Shown: piece by piece, positions 18,837 through 28,353 of the stretch
How positions within the stretch are numbered: position 1 is the stretch's first letter
How the letters are laid out: the number at the start of each line of letters is the position of its first letter
Assembly (NCBI GenBank): GCA_038887515.1
Contig: JAWAKK010000001.1
Span: forward strand, 710,205-774,204
From: Candidatus Nezhaarchaeales archaeon
GTDB taxonomy: Archaea > Thermoproteota > Methanomethylicia > Nezhaarchaeales > WYZ-LMO8
DNA length: 64,000 nucleotides
Direction: 5' to 3'
The notes under the pieces: model-generated
Databases searched by the model: none
What the model saw: the letters and a program-made list of their open reading frames with translations, nothing else
What the model was told of the DNA's origin: nothing
Made by a program: the position numbers and the translations under genes

Positions 18837-19265
18837 ATGAAGAAGGTTAAAGGGGTCTCCCCCATAGTAGCAGTACTATTACTCATAGTCATAGCTGTAG
18901 CGGCAGCTGCAATGACGTATGGCTTCGTAATGGGCTTCATAGGTGGAGCCGCAACAACTACAACAACGACGCAAGCAATGATAAGGGTAGAAGCAGTAGA
19001 TGCCACTACTGGTACTGATGCCACAGTATACGTTAGGAACATAGGCTCCATCCCTGTAACTGTCGACTTCATATATGTGTACCACGCTAATGGAACCCTC
19101 ATGAGTACACAACGGCTTTCGACTTCGATCACGATTCCTCCGGGTAATGTAGGTATAGTTTATGTCGATGGCCTAGATTTAAGTGGAGGGGTTACGTACT
19201 ACGTCAAGGTAACGACCAAGGAAGGAGCTATCGCGACATCGGAGCCCTTTAAAGTTAAAAGCTAG
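18837..19265 (+). CDS. Archaeal type IV pilin (class III signal peptide, DUF361-like N-terminus) with one beta-domain
   Basis: N-terminus MKKVKGVSPIVAVLLLIVIAVAAA matches the K-G-(V/I)SP-hydrophobic class III pattern. C-terminal ~90-aa domain is homologous to the repeats of the next gene. Start set to ATG 18837 rather than the track's GTG 18828. Confidence 0.7.
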   Translation: MKKVKGVSPIVAVLLLIVIAVAAAAMTYGFVMGFIGGAATTTTTTQAMIRVEAVDATTGTDATVYVRNIGSIPVTVDFIYVYHANGTLMSTQRLSTSITIPPGNVGIVYVDGLDLSGGVTYYVKVTTKEGAIATSEPFKVKS

Positions 19266-19411
19266 CCCGTAGTAGTGTGAGTAATACTATACGCAGTTAC
19301 TATAGTGTTTCGGGTCTAGCTTTTTTAACATACAATCAATTTTTCCTCCTTGTTATGTTTACCACAATAGTTATACCTAAAGCTGTTATAAAGAAGGATT
19401 TAGCGACGCCT

Positions 19412-20707
19412 ATGAGTGGAGGCAAGGGGATCTCTCCGATAGCTTCTACGCTATTGCTAATAATGGTTGTAGTTGCTGCTACGGTAACCACGTACAACTT
19501 AGTTATTGGACTTGTAGGAGTAACCGCTACATCGCCTCTACGATCTGTAATAAGGGTGGACGAAGTTAGCATCTCTGGTAGCGAGCTTACTGTTTACGTC
19601 AGGAACCTTGGTCCGGCTCCAATGACGCTAGATTCGGTATACGTGTACTCTGTTGACGGGGTACTAGTCGGGCGCGTTCATATTAACCCCAAAACGATAG
19701 ATGCGGGAGAGGTTGAGGCTATTACGGGCATACCAATTGGTTACTTGAAGGAGGGGGGTGTCTACTACATCAAGGTAGCTACAATGGAGGGAGCTATCGC
19801 GTCTTCCCAAGCATTTAAAGTCGGATTAGCTAAATCAGCTAAAGCTATAATAGTGATAGAAAGATTGGAGACCGAGCCAGCTACATTGAACACATTCAAT
19901 GCTACACTGTACGTCAAGAATGCGGGCGACGTCCCAGTGACGATAGACGAAGTACGCGTATACTACTCGTTATCGAAGAAGACTTTACTGGAAAGCATTG
20001 ACATTGCAAAGAGATTAAATCCTGGAGAGACTGTGAGGATCGTTATTGACAAAATACCATACGACATAGAGCGGCAGAGGCCTAGCTACGAGATTGAAGT
20101 AACAACTATAGAAGGAGTTATAGCAACTACGAAGGCTATGGTACTAGCAAGAGAAATGTTGGTAGAAACAGGATTAAGTGCGGAAGGATTCAACATAGAC
20201 GCCTCCATATACGTTATAAATTATGGCGCTGCCCCAGCAATAATAGATAAAGTACAAGTATACATCGATGGAGAGTTGGACAGTATCGTAAACCTTGGGA
20301 ACTTGTCGCTAGGTGTGACGAGTTCAACAACCATTAATTTCAACGTTACTATAGATCCAAGCAAGTCCTACTCCTTCAAGATTGTAGGAAGTGATGAGGC
20401 TTTAACGTCGTGGCGAGCAATAGTGGTAGCTGAAGCGAGTGCAACACCGATAAACGATCGCAGTTACAGCGTTACTGTTTACGTTAGGAACGTCGGCTCC
20501 ACCCCCGTAACGATTTACGGCTTGTACATACAATCTGAACGAGGGGACTTAATAGTGCCCCTGATAGATGTAGGGGAGGTGATAAAGCCAAAAGAGATTA
20601 AAGAGATAATTAATCCAATTACCCTAACGAATGGGACATACTACATATTCGTGTTTACTGATGAGCCTTGGTTTTTAGAAGCGAAGACGAGGCTAGAATT
20701 GGTATGA
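19412..20707 (+). CDS. Modular type IV pilin/adhesin with class III signal peptide and four tandem beta-domain repeats
   Basis: Internal ATG 19412 gives MSGGKGISPIASTLLLIMVVVAA, a class III signal. Four ~90-aa repeats share an xxYVRNxGxxPVTID-like core (TVYVRNLGPAPMTLD, TLYVKNAGDVPVTID, SIYVINYGAAPAIID, TVYVRNVGSTPVTIY). The 45-aa extension in the track ORF is probably not translated. Confidence 0.65.
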   Translation: MSGGKGISPIASTLLLIMVVVAATVTTYNLVIGLVGVTATSPLRSVIRVDEVSISGSELTVYVRNLGPAPMTLDSVYVYSVDGVLVGRVHINPKTIDAGEVEAITGIPIGYLKEGGVYYIKVATMEGAIASSQAFKVGLAKSAKAIIVIERLETEPATLNTFNATLYVKNAGDVPVTIDEVRVYYSLSKKTLLESIDIAKRLNPGETVRIVIDKIPYDIERQRPSYEIEVTTIEGVIATTKAMVLAREMLVETGLSAEGFNIDASIYVINYGAAPAIIDKVQVYIDGELDSIVNLGNLSLGVTSSTTINFNVTIDPSKSYSFKIVGSDEALTSWRAIVVAEASATPINDRSYSVTVYVRNVGSTPVTIYGLYIQSERGDLIVPLIDVGEVIKPKEIKEIINPITLTNGTYYIFVFTDEPWFLEAKTRLELV

Positions 20708-20826
20708 TTAAGATAGCGGTCGAGGATAGAACGTTGAAGGGAGAAACTATTATTACCATAAACTCTCGTCTGAAGGCTTAATATGGTATCTGGGGTCTCG
20801 AGCGATATCCACCCGATTCCTTGCCC

Positions 20827-21417
20827 TTATTTAACTCTCTCGCGTTGCTTCTTCTTCCACTTGTAGTTGTGGGTCCCTCTTAGGCCCCTCGACTTCCTCA
20901 GGCCCCTCATCTTCTTTCCGGCTGAAGTTAATCCTCTGAACGCCCTTCCCCTGTTGGCTGGACTGCAAATCCAGTTTATGTCTGGGTCGTTTTGTACTGC
21001 TGGGTGGTGGGGGTCGACCATTATCACTTCGTACCACTTGTAGCGCCCATCCTCGCCGACGTAGTAGCTGTTGAGGACTTCTAAGTTCGGGAACTTCCTA
21101 GCCGCCCTCTCCTCAGCTATTAGCCTTAAGCTCTTCCAGGTTGCGTAGCCGTAGACCCCCATCCTCTTGGGTCTCCTACCAGAGTCCGGTCTCGGCTTCC
21201 TCTGTCCTCCCTTCCTTACCCTGACCCTTACAACTACGAATCCCTGCTTGGCTTTGTAGCCTAGAGCTCTAGCCCTGTTTAGCCTAGTGGGCTTCTCGAC
21301 TCTAACTACTGTTGGCTCTCTCCTCCATTCTATGAGGCGTTGCCTCATTATCTCCTTTATTTCTCCGCGATAAGGCTTCTTCCAGAGCTCTGCTATGTAG
21401 TGGTACACGGACTTCAA
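20827..21417 (-). CDS. rpl15e: 50S ribosomal protein L15e
   Basis: Strong L15e similarity ([21 protein letters not shown]). TTG start bounded by an upstream stop. Confidence 0.9.
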   Translation of the reverse strand: MKSVYHYIAELWKKPYRGEIKEIMRQRLIEWRREPTVVRVEKPTRLNRARALGYKAKQGFVVVRVRVRKGGQRKPRPDSGRRPKRMGVYGYATWKSLRLIAEERAARKFPNLEVLNSYYVGEDGRYKWYEVIMVDPHHPAVQNDPDINWICSPANRGRAFRGLTSAGKKMRGLRKSRGLRGTHNYKWKKKQRERVK

Positions 21418-21526
21418 CTCCTACACCTCTCGGTGGTAAGGTTATGAGCTCACTTAAATGTTTTCGCTTAAATCTTGGACGGTGAGTTAATTTTCCTCCG
21501 ACTAAAATAACTTTTTGAGAGGTATA

Positions 21527-22636
21527 ATGTTCGAAGCCTTTCTACTGAGACCGGACGCTCATAGAGTTTGGAATAACCGTGAGGTTAAGAGGAGACTTAG
21601 CTGGTACTACGGGGTTATAGTTGACGAGAAACCATCAAAGTACAGAATATGTAAGAGGGTCGGTGTAGACGTCGACCTGTCTGCCGACGACGAGGAGCTT
21701 TGGAAGATGCATAGAGAAGGCTCCGCGAGGTTCGTTAATGTTTGGAGGAGAATAGCTTCTAGCGAGCTAAAGCTTGAGGATCTTGAGGAACCGGATGTAA
21801 GCCTGTTAGACGTTAAGATTGAGCTCGTTAAGAGGATGTTGAGGTCCTGCACATTTTGCGAGAGGAGATGTAAAGTCGACAGAGAGAAGGGCGAAGTAGG
21901 TTTTTGTAGGCTAGACGCTAAAGCTAGGGTTTCAAGCTTCTTCCACCACTACGGTGAAGAGGCACCTCTAGTGCCGAGCGGTACAATATTCTTTACAAGC
22001 TGTAGCTTCAAGTGCGTCTATTGCCAGAACTGGGACATATCGACAGATCCACACAACGGAGTTGAAGTGACCGCAAGGCAGCTCGCCTCCATAGCTACCA
22101 AGCTTAGGAGAGAAGGTTGCAGAAACGTAAATTACGTAGGCGGGAACCCAGATCAGTCCATGCACGTAATCGTCGAGTCCCTGAGGTACATGGACGTTAA
22201 TGTGCCAATACTTTGGAATAGCAATGCCTATGCCAGCTTAGAGGCCATGGAGATATTGAAGGACCTTGTCGACATATGGCTACCGGACTTCAAGTACGGT
22301 AACGACAGGTGTGCTGAGAGACTTTCTATGGTTCCCAAGTACTTTGAAGTCGTTACTAGGAACCTGAAGATAATGCACGAGAGTGGAGACATGATAGTTA
22401 GGCACCTAGTCCTTCCAAACCATGTAGAGTGCTGTACCAAGCAGGTGCTAGAGTGGTTAGCTAGAAACTGTCCTAGGTGCCTAGTTAACATAATGGAGCA
22501 GTATAGGCCGGAGCATGAGGTTGCTAGAAGACCGCAGTTGTACCCGGACATTAGTAGGAGGCCCACGGCGGGCGAGATGAATAGGGCTTATAGCATAGCT
22601 AAGGAGCTTGGGATAGTGTGGGAGCCTGTATCTTAA
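21527..22636 (+). CDS. Radical SAM protein, PflX-like (COG1313 family)
   Basis: CSFKCVYCQN radical-SAM Cx3Cx2C motif. N-terminal Cys-rich extension (CTFCERRC) typical of PflX-like proteins. ATG 21527 preferred over TTG 21515. Confidence 0.65.
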   Translation: MFEAFLLRPDAHRVWNNREVKRRLSWYYGVIVDEKPSKYRICKRVGVDVDLSADDEELWKMHREGSARFVNVWRRIASSELKLEDLEEPDVSLLDVKIELVKRMLRSCTFCERRCKVDREKGEVGFCRLDAKARVSSFFHHYGEEAPLVPSGTIFFTSCSFKCVYCQNWDISTDPHNGVEVTARQLASIATKLRREGCRNVNYVGGNPDQSMHVIVESLRYMDVNVPILWNSNAYASLEAMEILKDLVDIWLPDFKYGNDRCAERLSMVPKYFEVVTRNLKIMHESGDMIVRHLVLPNHVECCTKQVLEWLARNCPRCLVNIMEQYRPEHEVARRPQLYPDISRRPTAGEMNRAYSIAKELGIVWEPVS

Positions 22637-22651
22637 CGTGGAGCCTTAACT

Positions 22652-23200
22652 TCAACTCCTTAGGGCTGAGGAGATCCTTTGAACTATCAAGTTCGTTAAC
22701 GAATCCCTATTCGATAGCGTAAGCTCTATAACTTCGAAATCCCTTCCGCTCCTTATGTAGTCTAGGAGCGGGTGCCTAAGCTTATAGTGGAGCGTCGCTA
22801 GTAGAGGCTTCTCAGAATCTAAAGCTCTCTCGACCGCTTCAATGAACCTCTGGGACTTGAGCTCCATGGGTCCTATCTCGTCTACGACTAACAAGTCGCA
22901 TTTTTCTAAAGCTCTCGATATAGAGTTAACGGCGAAGGAGTCCAAGTTCTCTACGTGTACCAGGTACTTACCAACCCTAGGCCCTGAAGCCGAGCTTACT
23001 GATGCCAGTTGGGCTTCGGCCCCGCTTTCAACGTCAACGATCTTGAAGCCCGTTCTAACCCCCCTACTTCTAACTTCAAGCGTTACTATTCCGCCAACCT
23101 TAAATTTCATGCTTTTTAGCTTTTCAACCACTTTAAATACCAGTGTGGTCTTACCTACCCCGGGTCTACCAGTCACAAATATCTTGTTCTTCAGGGCCAT
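22652..23200 (-). CDS. Nucleoside-triphosphatase THEP1 family
   Basis: FVTGRPGVGKTT Walker A. ~180 aa. THEP1/COG1618 architecture. Confidence 0.75.
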   Translation of the reverse strand: MALKNKIFVTGRPGVGKTTLVFKVVEKLKSMKFKVGGIVTLEVRSRGVRTGFKIVDVESGAEAQLASVSSASGPRVGKYLVHVENLDSFAVNSISRALEKCDLLVVDEIGPMELKSQRFIEAVERALDSEKPLLATLHYKLRHPLLDYIRSGRDFEVIELTLSNRDSLTNLIVQRISSALRS

Positions 23201-23268
23201 CCTAACTACATCTTGAAGGCTTAATAATTAAGTGTTACTTAGGTATTTTTATCTACTTGAAGCTTCTT

Positions 23269-24018
23269 ATGGAACCTGACGTTGATATTGCATGTTTGGA
23301 GTTAAGGGCCAGCCTAACGAACAGCGAAGCGATAATAATGGTTGGAGGCTGCGAAGTCGAATATAGTGGGCGCGCAAGCTCAACGTTGACTAGGGGTGAA
23401 AAATAGTCGTAGTAAAGCAAGATGGCTCTGTTCTAGTCCATGGACCTGAAGGTTACGAGCCCGTTAACTGGCAACCGCCCGGCTGTCTATTTAAGGTGGC
23501 TAGCCTAAGTGGACTACTAAAGATCGTTGCTACGAGGCCTAGCCCTCGCGAGGTTTTGACGATATCGTTCCATAAGATCCATATGATGGCCTGTAGGAAG
23601 CTACATGACGCAGGAGCATTCTCTATGTATGTGAGCGAGGACGAGATGAAGGAGGCTATAAGGCTTAACCCATCGTTAATCGAGGAGGGGGCTTAAAATC
23701 TTGACCTCAGAGAAGGGTCTCGGAGAAGCTGGCTACGCAGGTTTTGTAGGCGAGGATTCTAAAGGAAACTTCGTAGTGATAGAAGTCAAGAGAGGAACTA
23801 CGGGAGAAGAAGTCATACAGCTCGCTAGGTACGTTAACGAAGCTAAACAGAGGGTTAATAGATCCGTTAGGGGAATACTCGTCGCCTCCCCATTGAAGAA
23901 GAAGGGGCAACTACTCTTAGAACGATTTAAGCTCGACTTCAAGGCGTTAACGCCTGAGAATTGTAGGAAGTTCTTAAAGAAAGCTTCAGGTACGAGCCTA
24001 CTTGAGTTCATGGAGTGA
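23269..24018 (+). pseudogene. nucS: NucS/EndoMS mismatch endonuclease gene interrupted by two frameshifts
   Basis: Three consecutive frame segments read as one NucS. Segment 1 (23269-23409): MEPDVDIACLELRASLTNSEAIIMVGGCEVEYSGRASSTLTRGEK. Segment 2 (23403-23696): KIVVVKQDGSVLVHGPEGYEPVNWQPPG. Segment 3 (23680-24018): GYAGFVGEDSKGNFVVIEVKRG, the PD-(D/E)xK nuclease core. Frame shifts occur at an A5 run (23402-23406) and at a G5/A4 run (23687-23698). Confidence 0.7.
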
Positions 24019-25540
24019 GCGAGATTAGCTTCAAAACTGCGCTGTTCATCTCTTCAGTAAAGATCGTCGGGTACAAGCCCAGGAACAGCGATATGATAGC
24101 CATGACTATTAGCGGAGCGAGGAAACTTAATGAGGCCTCTTTAACTCCATTAAGTTGCGGTGGGGTTTGTCCGAAAAGTATTCTCCTTATGGGCCAAAGC
24201 GCGTAAGCGAATGTTAAGACTGTTGCCACTATGGCCACTACGACTATAAATATCTTAAACGACTCGGAGGCTAGAGAGGCAGAACCTATAGCGCTCGTAA
24301 ATATCATCCATTCACTTATGAAGCCGCTAGTGAAGGGTACTCCCATTAGTGTGAAGAAGCCTATAAACATAGTTACAGCAGTGTAAGGCATTTTACCCGC
24401 TAGCCCTCCCATCTGGCTTATGCTCCTCGTACCGACTTGGAGCGTAAATACGCCGACTAAGAGGAACAATATCGCTTTGCCCATGGCGTGGGCTACGTAA
24501 TGAAACATGGAGCCCGTGGCGCCTATAATGGCTAAGTTCTCGGCTTTCATGCTTATTGCTAAGGCCGCAGCTCCAAGGCCTAGCAATATGTAGCCCATCT
24601 GGCTTATGCTCGAGTAGGCTAGCAACCTCTTAAGGTCCTCTTGACTTAAAGCGTTGGCAGCTCCGTATATCATAGTTATAGTGGCTAGGACTATCATCGC
24701 CGTAGAGACGTATTGCAAGGCAGGCGTGTAGAGGAAAACTATCCTAACTATGGCGTAGGCCGCCAAACCGCTCATAGCTGACGAGAGCAGAGCCGTTATC
24801 GGTGTAGGGGCTTCGACGTAGGTGTCTGGAAGCCAGCTGTGAAGTGGGAAGATCGCCATCTTCACGAAGAAGCCTATGAGCATCGCCGAAACGATTGCCG
24901 TTAGGACCTCAACGCTAGGGTTAAGTTGCGCTATCTTTAATGGAATTTCATATATCTCAAGAGTATGAAGGTAGCCGTTGGTCGCAACTATCCCTGCTAG
25001 GAAGCAAAGCGCTCCAGCTTCGGTGAACAAGAAGTACTTTAAAGCGACCTTCTCCTTCTCGCCGGTGCCCCACTCGTTTATTAGGGCCCAAGAGGCTACG
25101 ACCGCGATTTCGAAGAATACGAAGAACTCTACTAGGTTTGTGGAGAGAGCTAGCCCTATCATTCCTAGGAAGAATAGCTGGTAGAGACTGAAGAAGATGC
25201 CCATGTTTGGCGAGTCCTTCATGAGTTTTATCGTGTATAGAGCAGTTAGAGCCGCGACTATTGCTACCGTCAAAGCTATTGGCGAGCTTAGGCCGTCAGC
25301 CTTGAAACCAAACCTCAACGCTATGCTGTCCGTTATAACCCAATCGTACACCTTCTCATAGGATGAAGCTACGCCCGTAAAGATCTTATACGTCGAAATT
25401 CCGAAAATTCCTATCGAAAATAATGAGAGTAAGAAGGATATAAGGCCATTCCACCTGCCTAAGAGCTTGTTGAGCCCTAAGATTATTAGCGACGCTATCG
25501 CAGGTAATATTACGGTGTAAGGAAGAAGTTCTTCTATCAT
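24008..25540 (-). CDS. nuoN: NADH-quinone oxidoreductase antiporter-like subunit (NuoN-like)
   Basis: 510-aa polytopic membrane protein of the Mrp-antiporter/NuoLMN family. Last gene of the nuo cluster. Assignment of N versus M is by position only. Confidence 0.75.
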   Translation of the reverse strand: MIEELLPYTVILPAIASLIILGLNKLLGRWNGLISFLLSLFSIGIFGISTYKIFTGVASSYEKVYDWVITDSIALRFGFKADGLSSPIALTVAIVAALTALYTIKLMKDSPNMGIFFSLYQLFFLGMIGLALSTNLVEFFVFFEIAVVASWALINEWGTGEKEKVALKYFLFTEAGALCFLAGIVATNGYLHTLEIYEIPLKIAQLNPSVEVLTAIVSAMLIGFFVKMAIFPLHSWLPDTYVEAPTPITALLSSAMSGLAAYAIVRIVFLYTPALQYVSTAMIVLATITMIYGAANALSQEDLKRLLAYSSISQMGYILLGLGAAALAISMKAENLAIIGATGSMFHYVAHAMGKAILFLLVGVFTLQVGTRSISQMGGLAGKMPYTAVTMFIGFFTLMGVPFTSGFISEWMIFTSAIGSASLASESFKIFIVVVAIVATVLTFAYALWPIRRILFGQTPPQLNGVKEASLSFLAPLIVMAIISLFLGLYPTIFTEEMNSAVLKLISLTP

Positions 25541-27586
25541 CTACCACAACCCCCCTAGCTTAAGCAACATTAATGCTATTATTATGAGTCCTATCAACAT
25601 GCCTACGATGTTGTAGTTGAGGAAACCTGTCTGCAACCTCCTAAACCTGGAGGCAAAGCCTACAACGCTCGATGCAAAGCCGGTTACTGCTCGATAGAAC
25701 CCCTTGACTTCAATCCAGTTGTAGAGGCCCCGAGACGCTGAAATTAGAGGGTACACAAAAGCGTTGTAGTACATTTTATTTATGAACCACCTCTTGAAGA
25801 AGAACGTATGGAGTGCACGTAGCACCAGACTCTTAGACACTATAGCTGAAGGATTTACCCTCTTACTTATGTACATGAAGTACGCTGGGACTGCGCCTAT
25901 AATGAGCATGGCTATCGCTATTGGTAACGTTATGAACTGGGGACTTACCGCCTCGGCTTCTACATGCATCGCTAGCGAATGTAATACCGAGTATGGAGCC
26001 ATGCTTGAGAAAGCATGGTGAAGAGATTCTTCTACCCACAATCCAACAATCCCTATGCCGAGGGAGGATATAGCCAGTATTGCGTAGGGCACGTACATTA
26101 TCGGGCTTGCCTCCTCGATCTTATGCCCTTCAGCCTCGAGCTCTATAATCCTATGACTTTTCTCTCCATGGAACGTAAGCCCCATCATTCTAACAGTGTA
26201 AAAGGCCGTTAGCGCCGCTGTTACTATTGCTAATACGAATGGGCCTACTAGACCCGCCTCCCAGCTTACAGTTAAGACGGCTTCTTTACTCCAGAAACCG
26301 CTGAATGGTGGTACTCCTGCTAGCGATAGGGCGGCAAGCCAAGTTGCTACATACGTTATAGGCATATACTTTCGGAGGCCACCCATGTGGTACATAAACC
26401 TAGACTCGACAGCGTGTATTATAGCTCCAGCCGCGAGGAATAGAGCTGCTTTAAAGATTGCGTGGCTCATTAAGTGAAACATTCCTGAAGTTAACCCTTC
26501 AACTACTCCGTGCGCTAATAGGCCCCCAGCCCCCAGCGCTAAGAACATGTAACCTATTTGGCTAATGGTTGAATAGGCCAACACCTTCTTTATCTCCCTT
26601 GAAACCATTGCTTGTGTCGCAGCGAGGAAGGCTGTAAAGGCACCTATCCACGCAATCGTAGTGAAGAAGGTCGATAGTTCCGATATACCTAGTACGTGAT
26701 AGGCAAACCAGAATATAGGGAGGACTCTTGCTACTAGGTACACTCCAGCCTTAACCATGGTAGCAGCATGTATAAGGGCGCTAACGGATGTTGGACCAGC
26801 CATAGCGTCGGGAAGCCATTCGTGAAGCGGAAACTGAGCCGACTTTCCCACCGGGCCCATGAAGAATAGGATTGCCGCCGGAAGTAGAAGCCCAGCGCTT
26901 CTTAACGCCGGAGCCCACTGATCAACCTTATGTAGGAGCTCTGAGTAGCTGAAGGTTCCTGCAAATGCATAGATCATGAATATCGAGGCTAGCAAGCATA
27001 TGTCACCAATTCTGGTGGTTATGAAGGCTTTCATACCTGCATGTGATGGTGGATAGGCCTCATCGCCTTCCCCAACCCAACACTTCAACCAGTCATCCTT
27101 CGAGTCCCTATACCAAAAACCTATGAGAGCGTAGCTGCAGATGCCTACGCCCTCCCAGCCAAAGAACATAAGGAGCAAGTTGTCGGACATCACCAAGAGG
27201 AGCATACTACCGATGAAGAAGTTCATAAAGAACCAATACCTAGTAAGGCCCGGTTCTCCGTGCATGTACTTCAAGGAGTAGATCATTATCAGAAAGCTGA
27301 TCCAGGCGACTACGTTGGCCATTATTATGCTTAAGGGGTCTACTACGACGCCCATATCGATTCTTAGCGACGGTATCCAGCTAAAGCTCTCAGAGTTAAA
27401 TAGCGGAGGGGGTTCCTTGAACAATAGTGGTATCATGGTCGAGGCGGATACGGCTGCGAATAGCGAAAATAGAACGGCAACGTAATCCCTAACGCGCGAA
27501 TTAATTTTTGCGAATAGTGGAGTTAAAGTGGCGCCAACCATTGGCAGGATCCAGCAAAGCCAAGCGCCGACGTATTTAGGCAACAA
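25541..27586 (-). CDS. nuoL: NADH-quinone oxidoreductase subunit L (NuoL-like)
   Basis: 681 aa, the longest antiporter-like subunit, with a C-terminal extension. TTG start bounded by an upstream stop. Confidence 0.8.
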   Translation of the reverse strand: MLPKYVGAWLCWILPMVGATLTPLFAKINSRVRDYVAVLFSLFAAVSASTMIPLLFKEPPPLFNSESFSWIPSLRIDMGVVVDPLSIIMANVVAWISFLIMIYSLKYMHGEPGLTRYWFFMNFFIGSMLLLVMSDNLLLMFFGWEGVGICSYALIGFWYRDSKDDWLKCWVGEGDEAYPPSHAGMKAFITTRIGDICLLASIFMIYAFAGTFSYSELLHKVDQWAPALRSAGLLLPAAILFFMGPVGKSAQFPLHEWLPDAMAGPTSVSALIHAATMVKAGVYLVARVLPIFWFAYHVLGISELSTFFTTIAWIGAFTAFLAATQAMVSREIKKVLAYSTISQIGYMFLALGAGGLLAHGVVEGLTSGMFHLMSHAIFKAALFLAAGAIIHAVESRFMYHMGGLRKYMPITYVATWLAALSLAGVPPFSGFWSKEAVLTVSWEAGLVGPFVLAIVTAALTAFYTVRMMGLTFHGEKSHRIIELEAEGHKIEEASPIMYVPYAILAISSLGIGIVGLWVEESLHHAFSSMAPYSVLHSLAMHVEAEAVSPQFITLPIAIAMLIIGAVPAYFMYISKRVNPSAIVSKSLVLRALHTFFFKRWFINKMYYNAFVYPLISASRGLYNWIEVKGFYRAVTGFASSVVGFASRFRRLQTGFLNYNIVGMLIGLIIIALMLLKLGGLW

Positions 27587-27723
27587 AGCTTGTCACCTTC
27601 GCAACGCCTTTCTCTGGTTTTGTAGAAATGTATTTAACATTTACTCGTTGAATTACTTGGAGATTAAGCTTCAAATATAATTATAATGCTAGGTGCAATG
27701 CATTGGTAGACGTGGTTTCGTTG

Positions 27724-28353
27724 ATGATGAGTTTTGCAGCGAAGTACTCTTATCTAGGGGTTTTCATAGTCTCGATACTTTCGAACATGGTGCTATTCCT
27801 TCCTATGCCGTACTTGGCAGCCATACTTCTTCTAGCTGCAACAACCAATATGAATCCATTACTACTTGCCGTCGCAAGCGGCTTAGGATCGGGCGTTGGA
27901 AAGTTGTTTGCTTACTTTATAGGATTCTTTGGAAGAACCTTCCTAAAAGGAAGGCGTAGAGAGAACCTTGACTCCTTAGCTAAAATCGTGGGCAGAGGCG
28001 GGATGATAGCCGCGCTAGTAGTTTCAGCCATCCCTCTCCCGGACGATATAGTCCTTGTCCCCCTAGGAACTATAAAGTACAGCCTAATGAAGTTCTGGGT
28101 GGCGACTACGCTCGGAAAGACGCTCTTAGCGCTACTTACCTGCTACTTTGGAAAAACGCTAGCCATTTTCGTGGAGTACGTCGGTGGGACGCCGTTAATG
28201 TCGGCTCTGATATCAATAGCTATAGTCGTCATAGGCATGGCCATCGTCATAAAAGTCGACTGGATAAGGATAGCGACGATAATCGACGAGGAAGGATTAA
28301 GAGGGGTCGCTAAGAGGATAAGACGCGAAGGGTTTAAGTGGCTATTTACTTAA
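27724..28353 (+). CDS. DedA/TVP38-family membrane protein
   Basis: Polytopic membrane protein with DedA-like pattern (SYLGVFIVSILSNMVLFLPMPY). Start set to ATG 27724 rather than the track start 27703. Confidence 0.65.
   Translation: MMSFAAKYSYLGVFIVSILSNMVLFLPMPYLAAILLLAATTNMNPLLLAVASGLGSGVGKLFAYFIGFFGRTFLKGRRRENLDSLAKIVGRGGMIAALVVSAIPLPDDIVLVPLGTIKYSLMKFWVATTLGKTLLALLTCYFGKTLAIFVEYVGGTPLMSALISIAIVVIGMAIVIKVDWIRIATIIDEEGLRGVAKRIRREGFKWLFT

Noticed and set aside
19277-19411. 45-aa N-terminal extension of the second pilin ORF
   Set aside because: A class III signal peptide must be N-terminal. The internal ATG 19412 gives the canonical MSGGKG-ISP start and a TATA-like element lies about 20 nt upstream. 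The extension is probably untranslated.
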